51,425 nt of DNA from Folioceros fuciformis (Eukaryota), in NCBI GenBank assembly GCA_049999805.1, contig JBNGIO010006073.1, forward strand, positions 126,273 through 177,697, written 5' to 3'. Numbering within the stretch: position 1 is the stretch's first letter; every line of letters starts with the position of its first letter. The notes beneath the pieces are model-generated. The model saw only the letters and a program-made list of their open reading frames with translations, was not told where the DNA came from and did no database searches. Shown here in pieces: positions 1 to 12,703 of the stretch. The position numbers were made by a program, and so were the translations under genes.

Positions 1-584
1 GTGCATGGACCGAGTCTCCCTCTCGAGAGCATTCGGTACGCCATGGAAGTCTCCAGAATTTGTCAGTCGGAATGATAGTCTTGATCGACAATGAATGCTG
101 CTGTGTGTCCCTATGGTCGGGCCAGCCTTCATGCACGGTGTAGCTCCTCGCCACGTTCACTCGAATTCCAGGCACGAAAGGCATTTCCGAATGTCTGACC
201 ACTAGCTGACCCCGACTCCGCGATCCCAGGTCTCGGAAGGCGCTTACGTGAAGAAAGGGATGACTTTGCGGGAGCACTGTGCTTCGGTGGCCTCCACTGG
301 TTTCCCCCTGCGGCTTGACTAATGGATCCTTGCAATCATGGCCTGCCGGGACTGCGCGATGATCCTCTGCCCGACACCGCGGTAGGCAAGTCGGCACTAC
401 AAACTCTAAGTGCACCTCGTTATTGATCGCCTATGGCAACAAAATCCGTGGCGCGCACAGCAGCCCTGAGTCCATTTTGGTAGGATCGCGGATACGAAAC
501 TTGGAAGCGCAACCTATGTCTAGAAAAAAATTCGTAATCAGTCAGGCCACTCAGTGGAGATTAACTGAGTACTGGATCTGCCCT

Positions 585-592
585 AAACCCTA
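585..592 (+). promoter_or_regulatory. telo-box (AAACCCTA) upstream of eIF2A
   Basis: ccctAAACCCTAg lies ~190 bp upstream of the eIF2A ATG. Telo-boxes are typical of plant translation-machinery promoters. Confidence 0.6.
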
Positions 593-782
593 GCGAAGGT
601 TGGAGCAGCAACACCTTCACTGTGGGAGCTGGGCGAAGCGTGCTCATCAATTGCTTTATGCCGAATGCTGGCATACTTGACATACCTTGTGCGCTGTGCG
701 TGGAAGCGAGTCGCATGTGCGATAAAACTGGCGTCGTACTTGACCAATTGTATGTGATTTGCTGGGACCGAATATAACGGAC

Positions 783-3700
783 ATGTCGAGTTCTCCTCTC
801 AAGTTCATCGGTATGTCTCTTGGAAAGGATTTCCAATTTTGGGTCAAGGGATCAGCCTAAACATGTTCACCCTTCTCTGCTCCGGTGCTGCCTAACCGTC
901 TGTTCTTCCTTCTTCCTTATTGGGTGCAGTTCGGGGTCCTGAGGGGCTCTCTCTGCTTGTTGGACCTTCTTCCGAAGGGCCCCCTGAAGTTGTCTTGGAC
1001 AGGTGAGTTGGGTGTTCCCATTGTTCTGAATTTCTGTACTGATGCTGAGAAAGCCACCCATCATCTCCCCATGCTTTATTCATGTGCTTGATAGAAGCTT
1101 CTATCTTCTGCCATCTAGCAGGGTGCCTTGCACTTCCGCACTCTTCAGTCCGGATGGGAGTAGATTGGTCATTGCTACTAGCAACGATGTGACACTGTGG
1201 GACGCATCAACTGTCAAGGAAATCGTTCGTCTTCCGTTGTCTGGTGTTCGAGCAGTTGCTTTCTCTCCTCTTGGAAGCTATTTGCAGACTTTTCAGGATC
1301 CGTCTGTGCAACCTAAGAATGTAAACGTATGGGACCTGAAGACTGCATCCACCGTGTTTCAACATTCGCAAAAGGCCATGTTGAAGTCTATGTGGTATAC
1401 AAGTTTATTGTTGCAGTCCTATTTATGCCTGTGCTGTTGATGACCAGTCTGTTCAACCGTGTGGATGCCATCTGTTCTGAATGCCTGCACACGCAATTGG
1501 AAAGCGCGTCCTTTTGAAGTTGTGTACATCAGAGTTTTAGCTGTGTTTCAAGTTTGTTTTCTTATTACAACAGACGTGGTCACTTCGCAGTGGACACGTT
1601 CTGTGAGGGCTGTGGGGCTGTTCGTTAACTACGTGCAGACGCCTGTGGTCGTTGTACCCTGTCAGGCCTACGATTCAGTTTAGTGAAGATGAGTCAGTGG
1701 CTTGTCGAATGATAGCAAACGGAGTCCATATCTTTGATGGAGGCGATATGTCCAAGGGAGTAGTAGATCGGCTGCAAGTGACAGGAATGCAGAGTTACCA
1801 GCTGTCCTTCTCTCCTCCATCGCATATTGCCACTTATGTTCCTGAAATTAAGGTGAGTCTAACATGAGCTCTGCTGCCTGCCTCTGTCACGCAATTGCCT
1901 GCTGCAAACTGTGACAGGATGTTGTGCCCTTGGATGTTGCAGTATTTCTAGCTGTTTTTCCCGTCATTTCCATTCCGTGTTCATTCGTGGTTTTAATTGC
2001 CACGACCGGGGTTCAGGGATCTCCAGCTTTCGTGAAAGTGTTTAGCAGAACCCAGTTGAACCAAGATGCTCCAGTTGCCCGACGAAGTTTCTACAGATCG
2101 TCATCGGCTCAACTATTGTGGAATCGTGGTTCTACTGGTGTACTCATTTTAGCACAATCAGATGTGGACAAGTCCAACCAAAGTTACTACGGAGAGAGTC
2201 GGCTGCACTATATTACCACGGATGGGGCGTATGAGGGAGCAGTTCCGCTAAGTATTGTTCCCTACTCAGCATCTCTTAATTGGCTTCTTGTATTGTCTGT
2301 TGTCTGCACTTACAAGACTGCGCAGATTGTACGGTAAAGTAGTTTGGTTGTAAGAGGAAATTGGACGTGATTGTTTGGGAAGTGTTATTCGGTTGGCAAC
2401 CATTCAAATTCATGTCTGATAATTCTCATTAATGTTTGCTCTCTGCAGAGGAGGGCCCAATTCATGACGTACAGTGGTCACCTTCTGGTAAAGAGTTTGT
2501 GGTTGTGCATGGTTGTATCCTTTTGGCAGTCCACGGTCTCATATTATGCAAGTTCAAGACATGCACATTGTGTCTAGTCCTTTTTCTACCTCTCTGCGCA
2601 CTTCTTTTCAGTTACTGCAGTTTCTTTCCATTGGAGAGCTTTGTTCTCCTTGATCAACCTGTCCAGTCATGCCCTCCAGATCGACTTTATTTGATACTCG
2701 ATGTAGGCCTCTTTTTGACTTCGGGACTGGACCCTACAACACTGTGCGGTGGAGTCTGCACTGTCAATGTATCCAACTGCTGGTTGCTTCTGATGTTGTG
2801 TGTGATGTTTGATGAAGAAAGTCATGCTGCCTTTACTACTTAACCTGCACCTGTTCAGTCATATGCCTTGCAGGATTTGGTAACCTACCGGGTGATATGG
2901 TAATCCACCCACTGTGCCTAGTTCAGTTCTACATACCCATTGCCGATGACAAATGTGTGCAGGTCTTGTCTCATTGAAATCATCTGTTTTGACATATAGA
3001 TCTTTTGGGATCGTGGAAGTCTGAAGGCTCTGGGATCGGCAAAAGCCCCATGTTCCGTAACGTGTGCCTGGTCAGCTGATGGTCGGCACTTGATGACAGC
3101 AACAACTGCTCCTCGCCTGCAGGTGGATAATGGGTGAGATGATAGTCAGTTGTATTCACCCCTTTCCTTGATCGTTTGGGGTTGTGTCTTGAGAGCCGGT
3201 GTTGAGGTAAGCAGCTGTTCATGATCCTGTCGGCTGTGTTTTCTGCTTGGTTAGGATCAAGGTTTTCAAGTACAATGGAGCACTTACATTTCAAAAAAGC
3301 TTTGATGTACTATACCAGGTGAGGGGTGCACGGTCAGCTTGGGATGGAAAGTTGCATTCTCTTTTCTGCTGCGAACTTGGGTTAGGAAGTATGTTGCGAT
3401 CATCTGAGTATATAAGTTGTGGACATCCTTCGATCTGTGACGCCTTTTTAACCTGTTTGAGTTAGTGCCGAAGAGTAAGTGTATGAAGCACTGTCTGTAG
3501 GTACTCAGCCGGTTCACTTGTCGTGTATTGTTGCGTTTAGGCTGATTGGCAACCAGCAAAACTGGGCTCGTATGAAGATAGACCTGCATCGCCTCTAAAG
3601 GAAAATACAGAGGTCCTGAAAAAGCTAGCTGCCAGCACTCTGAACGGTGGGTGACTGTACGATGTTCCAGTGCTGGGTCCACTTTCTGGTGGTTGAAGCA

Positions 3701-4110
3701 ACATTTACCTTCTGGATGTTTCCAATGCTGCAGATAAGGAGCCAGCTGCAAATAAGAAGCCAGCTTCGTATCGACCACCTCATGCAATCTGTGCAGACGC
3801 TGTCAAGGCTCAGGTTTAACAAGTCACAGCCTTCTCTCGAGCATCGCAGTTGTTGTTGCAGTTGCATATGGTAGCATCATTTACGGAACTGTTTGATGTG
3901 TCGGCAGTTGCTCGGCCAAGACCCACAAGTGCAGGGGTGGGTGTTGTTCTCCTACATATGGTTCCAGGTCTTCGTTTGGATAACGTGCTTTCCTGGTGAC
4001 ATCCTCTAACACGACGTGCCGTGTGCAGAGGCGGGGCGCAGATGAGTAAAAGTGCACTGAAGAACAAGAAACGTAGAGAAAAGCAGAAGGAACTCAAAGG
4101 CGAATCCTGA
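783..4110 (+). CDS. EIF2A: Eukaryotic translation initiation factor 2A (WD40-like), multi-exon
   Basis: Spliced reading: MSSSPLKFI/VRGPEGLSLLVGP...FSPDGS...FSPLGSYLQTFQ...WPTIQFSEDE...DVDKSNQSYYGESRLHY...EGPIHDVQWSPSGKEFVVVHGFMP...GPYNTVRW...CLAGFGNLPGDM...TATTAPRLQVDNG...YRPPHA...MSKSALKNKKRREK*. First exons are 783-810, 930-1002, ~1119-1394, 1666-1852, 2017-2251, 2449-2514, 2667-2768, 2859-2899. Stop TGA at 4108-4110. Confidence 0.95.
2515..2666 (+). other. U12-type (minor spliceosome) GT-AG intron in eIF2A
   Basis: Donor GTATCCTTTT. Branch site TCCTTGAT at 2647-2654, ~12 nt before the CAG acceptor. Splicing restores H-G-F-M-P. Confidence 0.85.
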
Positions 4111-4246
4111 TCAGGGTTTCAGGAATGTAGCAGGTGAAGTGCCTTGAAAGCGTGGGAAGAAAGGGCCCACGGTGTGCAGGACCCGTGGGCCCTTTCGTCG
4201 ACAATCCAATTTTCATGGGAGAAGAAACTCGGCGACAAATTTTGAC

Positions 4247-4301
4247 CTAGAACCTTGGACATCCAAGAAAGACCCTAGAACGTCGGACAACCAAGAAAGA
4301 C
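4247..4301. repeat. 28-bp imperfect tandem duplication
   Basis: ctagaaccttggacatccaagaaagacc / ctagaacgtcggacaaccaagaaagac. Confidence 0.8.
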
Positions 4302-4560
4302 GTTGTGCGCGTCAACTTTATCATCATGCTGTTGGGTAGCCACAGCTCTGGATAGGATGGATGTTCCAACAAGTGATGCGCCACTCGATCGATCAGGCTG
4401 TGGACGATGACGAACGAGATGTGTCGGGACCAGTGTGGAATCCGTGCCGTCATCGTGCCCAACCTGGAACTGTGGGGTCGCAAACGATAGGAACGCCTTC
4501 AGAGGATGAGTGTGACACGCATTCGGAAACTGAACGCTGTCCACCACCATCCGGCAGTCG
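4275..4560 (-). pseudogene. Possible decayed aspartic protease (nepenthesin-like) C-terminal fragment
   Basis: MVVDS...PQFQVGHDDGTDSTLVPTHLV...TSILSRAVATQQHDDKVDAHNVFLG loosely resembles IIDSG...PTLTFHFDGGADLTLPPEN...SILGNxQQQ..V.D..N..LGF. The catalytic DSG motif is not intact. Confidence 0.25.
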
Positions 4561-5554
4561 GCTCCCGGTCTCCCGAGTCTACTCCTTCGCCTTTTCATCC
4601 GCGACGAAAGGCGATGTCACGCCGTAAGGCATGCCGTGCGCCTGTGAGAGCTGAGCTCACCACGCACGCACAGACTCCGATGAGAGAAGGAAAAGCATTT
4701 GATAAAGCCATGTGGGCGAAGCGCACACGCAGCGGATCTGGATCTGGAGACTGACTAACTGTCGACTGTCAACGTGCAGCAGCTGCCGCTGCAGCAAGAC
4801 CTCCCTTCCCGGAAAAATGCTCTCACGATCGCGGTGGCGGCAGTGGGGCCTGCTTTCGCAAGGTGATCCCAGTAATAACGACAAGATTGAGCCCGGGGGT
4901 TCGTCAGGATCGGCGGGAGCATTGGGTTTACGTTCATCAAACTGCATTGGAGTACCAGCACGCTGCCGCCACAGGATCCTACTTTTCGTGTTCACCTTGT
5001 GATTTCGAGTAGATCGTAAATGCTAATCCAACATGCATCGTCCTATAATTATGATAAAAAATATAAATTATGCTGAAATAAAAGTCCACATTCTTAGCTT
5101 ATGTAATTCCACATGATTTGCATGAGTTATATCATGCTATGTTTGTGCATACAAAGCATGTTCAACTGCTTATCTATTTGAGTTCGTGAACTTAAATAGG
5201 AAAGCGATACTTTTTCCTAATCCATTGGCCTTTCAAATCATGGACTCCTTCATTCAAGCGACCTTGCGTGAAATTCTACATGCATTTGTCTTTCTAATCA
5301 TGGACTCCTCTAGTGACTTTTCACATGCAAGGTACTATGACTCAAATTATGACAAATTTTGTATAGTTTGAGCACTCAATGTAGGCTCTATGTTCTTTTC
5401 AATGTAATCCAACTACTTTTCTACGAGATCCTCTCTTGGCCATGTAGTATCCATCATTTCAGAGTTACAAGTCACGCATAAACTATCAAATCTAAACTCA
5501 ACATCTCTAAGATGGCCAGTATGTGTTAGATGTGTGATGACTTTGCTGAAGAAT

Positions 5555-5790
5555 GGGTGAACTTTTAACATGCTGAAACTATGGAACCCACATGATATGC
5601 ATGTCCATCACAAAGAAAGTATAGAAAGTCTTGGGTGAACTTTGAGCATGCTGAAACTATGGAATCCACATGATATGTATGCCCATAACAAAGGAAGTAT
5701 GGAAAGTCTTGGGTGAACTCTGAGCATGCTGAAACTATGGAACCCACATGATATGCATGTTCATCACAAAGGAAGTATAGAAAGTCTTGA
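5555..5790. repeat. 78-bp tandem repeat, ~3 copies, in an AT-rich island
   Basis: tgctgaaactatggaa(c/t)ccacatgatat... recurs at 5571, 5649 and 5727. Confidence 0.9.
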
Positions 5791-6074
5791 GAAAAATGTT
5801 GGCGTGTGTGAACCATGAGCCTTATGAACACATGGTAACCAACATTTATGCCTAGAATAGAAGAAATATAGGAAACAAGAAGCCATGAAAGCTTTAGAGA
5901 TATATTTGATATCAAAACTATCTAGAAGCATATCGGATATCTAATACTTGTATTAAAGATGCAGAGCATGATGGCTATATAACTGAAAAAACAAATAGGT
6001 TGGTAAAACAAATTAAGGACATTGAATGTTGGTGGTGTTTGGTGAGCCTGTGGTGATCATGGGGAATGGGAGAA

Positions 6075-6260
6075 ACGAGGGGACCCCACAGATGCTCTAT
6101 CATCTTGTGCTTCCGATGGCATATGGCGCATGTAGGTAGCTGGAGTCGTAGATTGCAAGAGAGATTTGCGGCCATGAATGAGCATGGCTGTTGATTCCCT
6201 CGTCCGATTTTGGCTTCCCAAAGCGTCCGGACCACATCCGGTATGGTATCCGGCATCCGA
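6075..6260 (-). mobile_element. Probable non-LTR (LINE) retrotransposon relic, zf-RVT region
   Basis: Minus frame reads LWEAKI...LSCNLRLQLPTCAICHRKHKMIEHLW, resembling the W..KI...CxxC....E..xHL zinc-finger of L1-type ORF2. Confidence 0.4.
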
Positions 6261-7686
6261 CCTGCCTGCCATCCGGGTCGCTAGTTGCTGTTTCCGCTGT
6301 CTCTTTCTCTCTCTGGTTGTGCGGGAGTGGTACACCAAGCCGGCCCCGCCCGGTTTCGTGCCTCCTGCTGCTGCTGCTGCTGCTGCTGTGCGTTCTGCAG
6401 ACAACCTCCTCCAGTGCTATAGTGCGCCTACCCACACTCCGGCTCTACATACGCATGCAGCCGGATTGTCGGGCACCCACTTCGAGCCGCTCCTGCAGGC
6501 TATAGCCTCCGCCCTGACGTTGGGGAGTGCGTTGTGGAATGCAGGGTCGGCAGACTGTGTGACTGGTGAGCCCAATCCTGCACGCCGCGCCGATCAGGTG
6601 ATGGAGCCGGTGTGAGCCGGGTGTGCGGGCGGGATGGAGGTGGCAGGGGCCTCCGCCGACGACCCTGAAAGCTCGAATTGCAGCGCGAGCGCAGGCGCCG
6701 GGGCGGGAGCGGGAGCGGGAGCGGGGACGGGCTTTGCGTTGGTGCTGCCTGTGGCCCGAGCCGGGACGGGAGCCGGAGCTGCCACTGTCGTCCGCCGCTC
6801 GAGTGCCAGCGGCGTGGTATGACATCCGCCGTACGCACCTCTCGTCTCTTCGGGCCGGCGACGCGTCGATTTGAAATTGGGCTGCCGCACTGGGCGGCGC
6901 AGCTGGGCGGGGCAAGTCGGGACCTGGAAGTTATGCCGGGTGGGTGCTGGAAGGGCAGGGACATGTTGGCAGACGGTTGTTGCCTTCGCTTTCATACGAC
7001 CCAGGCTTCACCACCCTGTGCACGAGCCTCCTTGCCTTTCGGCTCCTCGTCTCCGACCTAGGTAGTGCGAGTGATTAGCGGGAAGCTGGCCCGGGAATTC
7101 GTCGTGGCGTCGGGAGGGCAGTGAGGCGCAGTTCTTCGTCTCGCTTCCTTCGCGGCATGGATGTTGCACCCAGGATGGACATTTATCACCTTCGGTAGTG
7201 CTGTCAACTCAGCATGCAAACTCAGGGTCCGAAGCCTTAAATCTGGGTGTCATGGCGCCTGGGCTGCTGTCGGGGTGATGACATCGCATGTGTGGAAAAC
7301 CCGCGCTCGAGCAGGGTGGGTGTTGCGCACCAATGTTCGTTGCGCTCGCACTTGTACTATACTGGCATCCAAGTCGTGGATGCTCATTTGAGGTGTGCCA
7401 GCTGAGGCTAAGCCTCGTAGAATGGGGGAGTTCGTCGCACATTGGCGCCGTAGGGTTTCTCTCGTTAGGTAGCGTACTGGGAGGTGGAATGGCCAGAGGA
7501 ACTTGCGCGCAAGCCACTGGCAGCTCCCTGTGATTCATCCTTTCATACATCCACTTCTAAGGGCCATTTGGGTTGAATACTGCTGACTGGGATTCGACTA
7601 CAACACTGGCACTACGATCAGGGCCGCAAAGCATGGGTTGATGCGGGCATGATACTGGGTTCATCACCTGGCTTTGCTGGATATAT

Positions 7687-10600
7687 ATGGCCACGCCATG
7701 GATAGCATTCAGCACGAGTCTCGCAGGAAACTGGGTGCACTTGGATCAGGGTGTGGCCTTGGAGCCTCAACCCCATGAGGACGTGAGAGTGCAAATGGGG
7801 ATGCCTACACGTGTGTGGACCATCCATTGTGCTGTTTTCAAGGTATCTATGGCACCATTTCTGTCTGCAGCAATCAAATATCAGCATGTCTTAACAGGAG
7901 CTTCCATCTTGCAGGTTGCCGTATTTCTGTTATGGCTGGGGGTTGTCACTGTGAATGCCCACAAGGATCGAGGTCATTGGCATGAAGGCTCGCGCAAGGG
8001 CCATGCACCACAGTCCCACTCTTGCATTCACGATGAGATTTTGGAACAGCGTAGGCGCTCGGGCTGGAAAGAATACACAGTCACCCCACAAGTGTATGCC
8101 CGTGAGACCGATGAGCTAGAGAGTAGCAAGCATGGAAGGTCGCTGCTGTCTGTGCCCAATGCAGCAGATGTAGAATTAGAGAGGAGGCAATCTATTCGGA
8201 TTTTCCTGAACTATGACGCTGTGGGGCATTCACCAGAAAGAGACTGTCAAGCAGTTGGAGAAGTAGTCAAGGTGAGAAGCGGCTAACCTCACGTGGTTTG
8301 AGGCCTGCACTTCGAGTGTCATACAGATCCCAAATGACATTCTCAGACTTTTGTACTTCGAAGTGCACCATCAGTTGATTCTCCTTCTCAGAAGAAGCGT
8401 GATCATCAACATTTCCTGCATCCTTCTCGTTTCTGAACTATGTTATTTCTTTTCTGAACAGTTAGGTGAACCTCCTAGTGGGACCCCAGGCTCCCCTGCT
8501 TGTAGTGCACGGGAACCTACTGTCTATGCAGATTGCTGGTACAATTGTACCCTGGAGGACATCTCAGGAGAGGATAAGAAGAAGCGACTGCACGAGGTAG
8601 GAATGAAGGCGTGGTTCCATGATTATGTTTCGTAGAATATTGCTTTCAGGTGAAGCTTTGCTAACAGGTCTCAAGCGGTAGTGCTTTCGCAGCATTGTAA
8701 ACAAATCTCCCTAACATATCATGCTTGCAGGCTTTAGGTGAAACTGCTCTATGGTTTAGGAGGGCATTGTCTGTGGAGCCTGTCAAGGGCCCATTGCGTC
8801 TGAGTGGCTATTCTGCCTGTGGTCAGGACGGTGGTGTGCAGCTGCCTCGACAATATGTGGACGGTAACGCTTTTATGCAGACCTTGCGAGTCTTATGGAC
8901 TATCATGAGGTGTGCTGTGGTTTGAAGACCAATGTTTTCAATGTGTGCAGAGGGAATTCTGGATGCAGATCTTGTCCTGCTTGTAACTACAAGACCTACG
9001 ACTGGGAACACTCTTGCCTGGGCTGTGGCATGTGAGCGGGATCAGTGGGGACGAGCCATCGCAGGTTTCCAACGGAATTTCCCATGCCTTGCAGTCCTGG
9101 ACCAATATGACTACATAGAGAATGATCTGCAGCTTGTGTGTTTGGTGACCACAGGTCATGTGAATGTTGCTCCCAAGCACCTCACTGCTGAGGCTGAAAC
9201 CTTGTTGTCAGCCACTTTGATACACGAGGTGAGTTGGCCTGAAGTGAGGGGTGCCTTACGTGCAAGCTTTGTTGGAAGCCCCAGATTTCCCATGTTCGTG
9301 CCCTTTCCAGTGCGATGGCAGGACTAAGTTAGTTTTGGTTCAGGTTATGCATGTACTTGGCTTTGACCCACATGCCTTTGCACATTTCCGAGATGAACGG
9401 AAACGCAGGAGAACGAGGGTAACGTTACCTTTATTTCGCTTCAATTGTAGTGACGTCTGTACCAGATTTCCATTGTGAGTCCTTGTTTTAAGTAGTTAAG
9501 CCGCAGGATACAGGCTTGAACACTACGAGTTTGCTTGAAACCTGGTAGTGTACGTTTTATGTGGCCTGTAAAGTCATTTCAGCTGCAGGCCACATAATAC
9601 ATCGGTCAAAGCGTCATTCATAGTCCCTCGAAGAGCTTGTGCTCTGTGCTCGTAAGGCCCATGTGCTTTGATTTGCTGTGGTCAGGTTGTTACTCAAGAC
9701 CATGATGTGAAGCTTGGACGTATGGTCACTAGAGTAGTCCTGCCCCGAGTGGTGATGCACTCAAGAGAGCATTATGGGGTAAGTATATGTGGCAATACTT
9801 CACGTTTGAAGCCTCGGGATGTCTCCCTGTGCACTTCTCTGAGCCTCTCTTTTGCACAGGCTTTTACTGAAGAGTTCGCAGGATTAGAGCTTGAAGACGG
9901 TGGAGGCCGTGGGACTGCAGGTCTCGAAAACCTACTCCCATTGTTTCCTGCTGATATTTTGCAATCGCGAGCGTCCCAACAGTGTGTTGTTACTGCCTCT
10001 ACTAACTGGCTTTGCTTTCCCCTTTCCCCTTTGACAGGGTCTCACTGGGAGAAGAGACTGCTTATGAATGAGATAATGACTGGTTCTGTCGATACACGAT
10101 CGGTGGTGTCACCAATGACTCTGGCTCTGTTGGAGGACAGTGGGTGGTATCGTGCAAACTTTAGCATGGCGGAACCTCTTGATTGGGGTCGAAATCAAGG
10201 AGGGGACTTCTTGACATCGCGGTGTGATATGTGGATGGGGGCATATCATTGCAATTCAACGCATTCGTCAGGTTGTACATATAATAGAGAAGCAGAGGGC
10301 TACTGTCCTATTATGAGGTACAATGGGGAGCTGCCAAAATGGGCTCGGTATTTCCCCGACGCCAACAAAGGTTAGTCCAGATACAAAATTCAATGAGCTG
10401 CATTTCCTAGCGATCTCGTTATCTGAAAGGCCCCCCCCCACTCTGTCCATTGCCAGGTGGCCAATCCTCTCTTGCCGATTACTGTGCATATTTTGTCGCG
10501 TATTCGGACGGATCATGCATTGACACCAGTAGCGCCCGGGCTCCAGACAGGATGTTAGGAGAAATTCGAGGCAGGGACTCTAGGTACTCACCGTGCCATG

Positions 10601-12703
10601 AACTCCTGTCTTTGTTCTCTTTTTGTATTGCCTGGAGCCTGATATCGTGGTTGTAGATGCATGGCATCGTCGTTAGTACGAACTGGATTTGTTAGGGGAG
10701 CTCTTACCCAAGGAAACGGATGCTATCAGCACAGGTGCTTCAATGGCTCTTTAGAGGTAAGTGATGCACACCCCAACAGGAAGGCAGGTATTTTCAGGGG
10801 GTTATTCCCAGTACGGGTCAAGCTAATACCACTCGTATGACTGGACGCTTCAGGTTGCTGTAGATGGTATATGGAAGCCCTGTCCTGGGGATGGTGGTCC
10901 AATCCAGTTCTCTGGGTTCAATGGTTGGTCTCTCAAACTTACTTTCCAAGTGATCGGCCGGTGTCAAAACGCTAAAAGCTCTCTGAGGTTGAGGTTCTCA
11001 CCCTTGTGTCCTTGATGGGCTAACGCAGCAAAATATGGCTTTTGCTTTGCAGGAGAGTTGATATGTCCTCCTTACCATGATCTCTGTGACAAAGCATCTG
11101 AGCCTGTGTCAGGGGACTGCTCAAACTCGTGTAGCTGGAATGGCGAATGCATCAATGGAACTTGCAGCTGCTTTCTTGGTTTCACTGGAGAGGACTGCAG
11201 TGAAAGTGAGTCTTTACAAGTCTCCCCTTTCTTGGCCGTGACCTGTCTTTGATACCGATTTGCTTTTCTTTATTTTCGATGTTCCTATCTGACCTTCAAC
11301 ATTTATTTGCGTTCCAATGAGTGTACGCTGCTTTAGAGCATGGTTGAGTCAAAATCTTTGAACACTTCTTTGGGGATTTTGCAGGAACATGTCCAGATGA
11401 CTGTGGTCATCATGGAACATGTACGTCATCGGGAATCTGTGAATGTGACACAGGTTATACCGGAGTGGACTGTTCAACAGGTATGGACATGTTCCAAGCC
11501 TTTCCTCTGATCCTTGTAGAAAGGCGATTTGAAGATACTCTTGAGACCTTTCCCTAGGTGTTATAAACTCCACTCGATCCTAATTCATGACAGATGCTTC
11601 TTTTGTACTTTACGTGATAGTGGTTGATCAGACATTTGCACTCAAGCGTTCGGTGATTGAGCATCTTGTTGTTGACGTTCCACCTCTAGCTAGCGGCGTT
11701 TTGGGTGTTTATGGATTTCTGTTAGCGGGTAGCTGAGAACGGACTTGTAGGGATGATCGATTTCGACGTACTTCGAGTTAAGAATTAGGGCGCGTTCTAA
11801 TCTATTTCTCTTGTGAAGCTGGTTGTGATGAGCAGTGCAGCCTGCACGGCGGAGTCTGCGACAACGGCATCTGCGAGTTTCGTTGCTCTGACTACGCCGG
11901 ATATACGTGTCAGAACAGCAGCTCGTTGATCGCCAGCCTTGCATTATGCGGAGACGTGCTTGTGGGGGAAAAGCAAGGGCAACATTGCGCCCCAAGTGAA
12001 GCAAGCATTCTGCAACAACTAGAAGCAGCCGTGGTATTGCCAAACTACAATCGGCTCATGCCAAGTGGGCGCCCATTCTTTGCAGTGTTGGATAATGGAT
12101 ACTGCGCAGCTGCCGCGAAGCGGTTGGCTTGCTGGGTAAGGGTTTCTGAAACTCGGGCTCATTGTGCATGTTAATATGTTAACTTCTTGTGAGGGCAGGC
12201 AAAGTGGGTCATGTGTCGTGGTCCCCTCATTCATACCTGCTACGGTGATGATGACACTGCAGATATCCATTCAGAGATGCGATAGTGATGGAGATAACAG
12301 ACTCCGGGTGTGCCATTCCGCTTGTCAATCCTACAACACAGCTTGCGGAGCTCGGTTAGATTGTTCAGATCGCACTCTGTTCAGTGGAGAGGAGGGAGAT
12401 GGCGAGGGTACGTGTACAGGTGATGGAGCGTTACGACCATGGTGGCAAGTCCATTTTAGGACTTTTCTTCTCCTAGCTCTTCTCATCGCGACAGCCTTCT
12501 TCTTCTTGGGTGCTATTCGACACGTTTGTCGGAATTTTTGGAGTTCGAGGAGTGTGAAATACCTGCCTGGGGGTGCATATGTTGCCGTGGATGGCGAACT
12601 TGGAGCGTTGAGATGGTGGGGCCAAGGTCATGGGTCCTTGAGGGAGATGCTTCTTCCACCATCGAGTAGTACAAACAGTGCAGCCTGTGTAGCGAGGGCG
12701 TAA
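7687..12703 (+). CDS. LMLN: Leishmanolysin-like (peptidase M8/invadolysin) zinc metalloendopeptidase with EGF-like repeats, multi-exon
   Basis: HSCIHDEI propeptide; RIFLNYDAVGHS; TTRPTTGNTLAWAVACERDQWGRAIAG; zinc motif HE/VMHVLGFD; ELEDGGGRGT; SHWEKRLLMNEIMTGS; LADYC; EGF-like C-terminal repeats; hydrophobic segment FLLLALLIATAFFFLG; stop at 12701-12703. The start is uncertain (7687 or 7795). Confidence 0.93.

Noticed and set aside
1..340. Possible minus-strand gene start at the window edge (ATG near 45)
   Set aside because: Too little sequence and no recognisable motif.
5555..5790. Regularly spaced repeats as a CRISPR array
   Set aside because: Whole units are repeated with no unique spacers, the context is eukaryotic, and there are no cas genes. 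The same applies to the arrays at 18.3 and 32 kb.
7843..7914. GTATCT donor with TCTTAAC in the first leishmanolysin intron as U12-type
   Set aside because: The donor lacks the CCT core; evidence is too weak without scoring.
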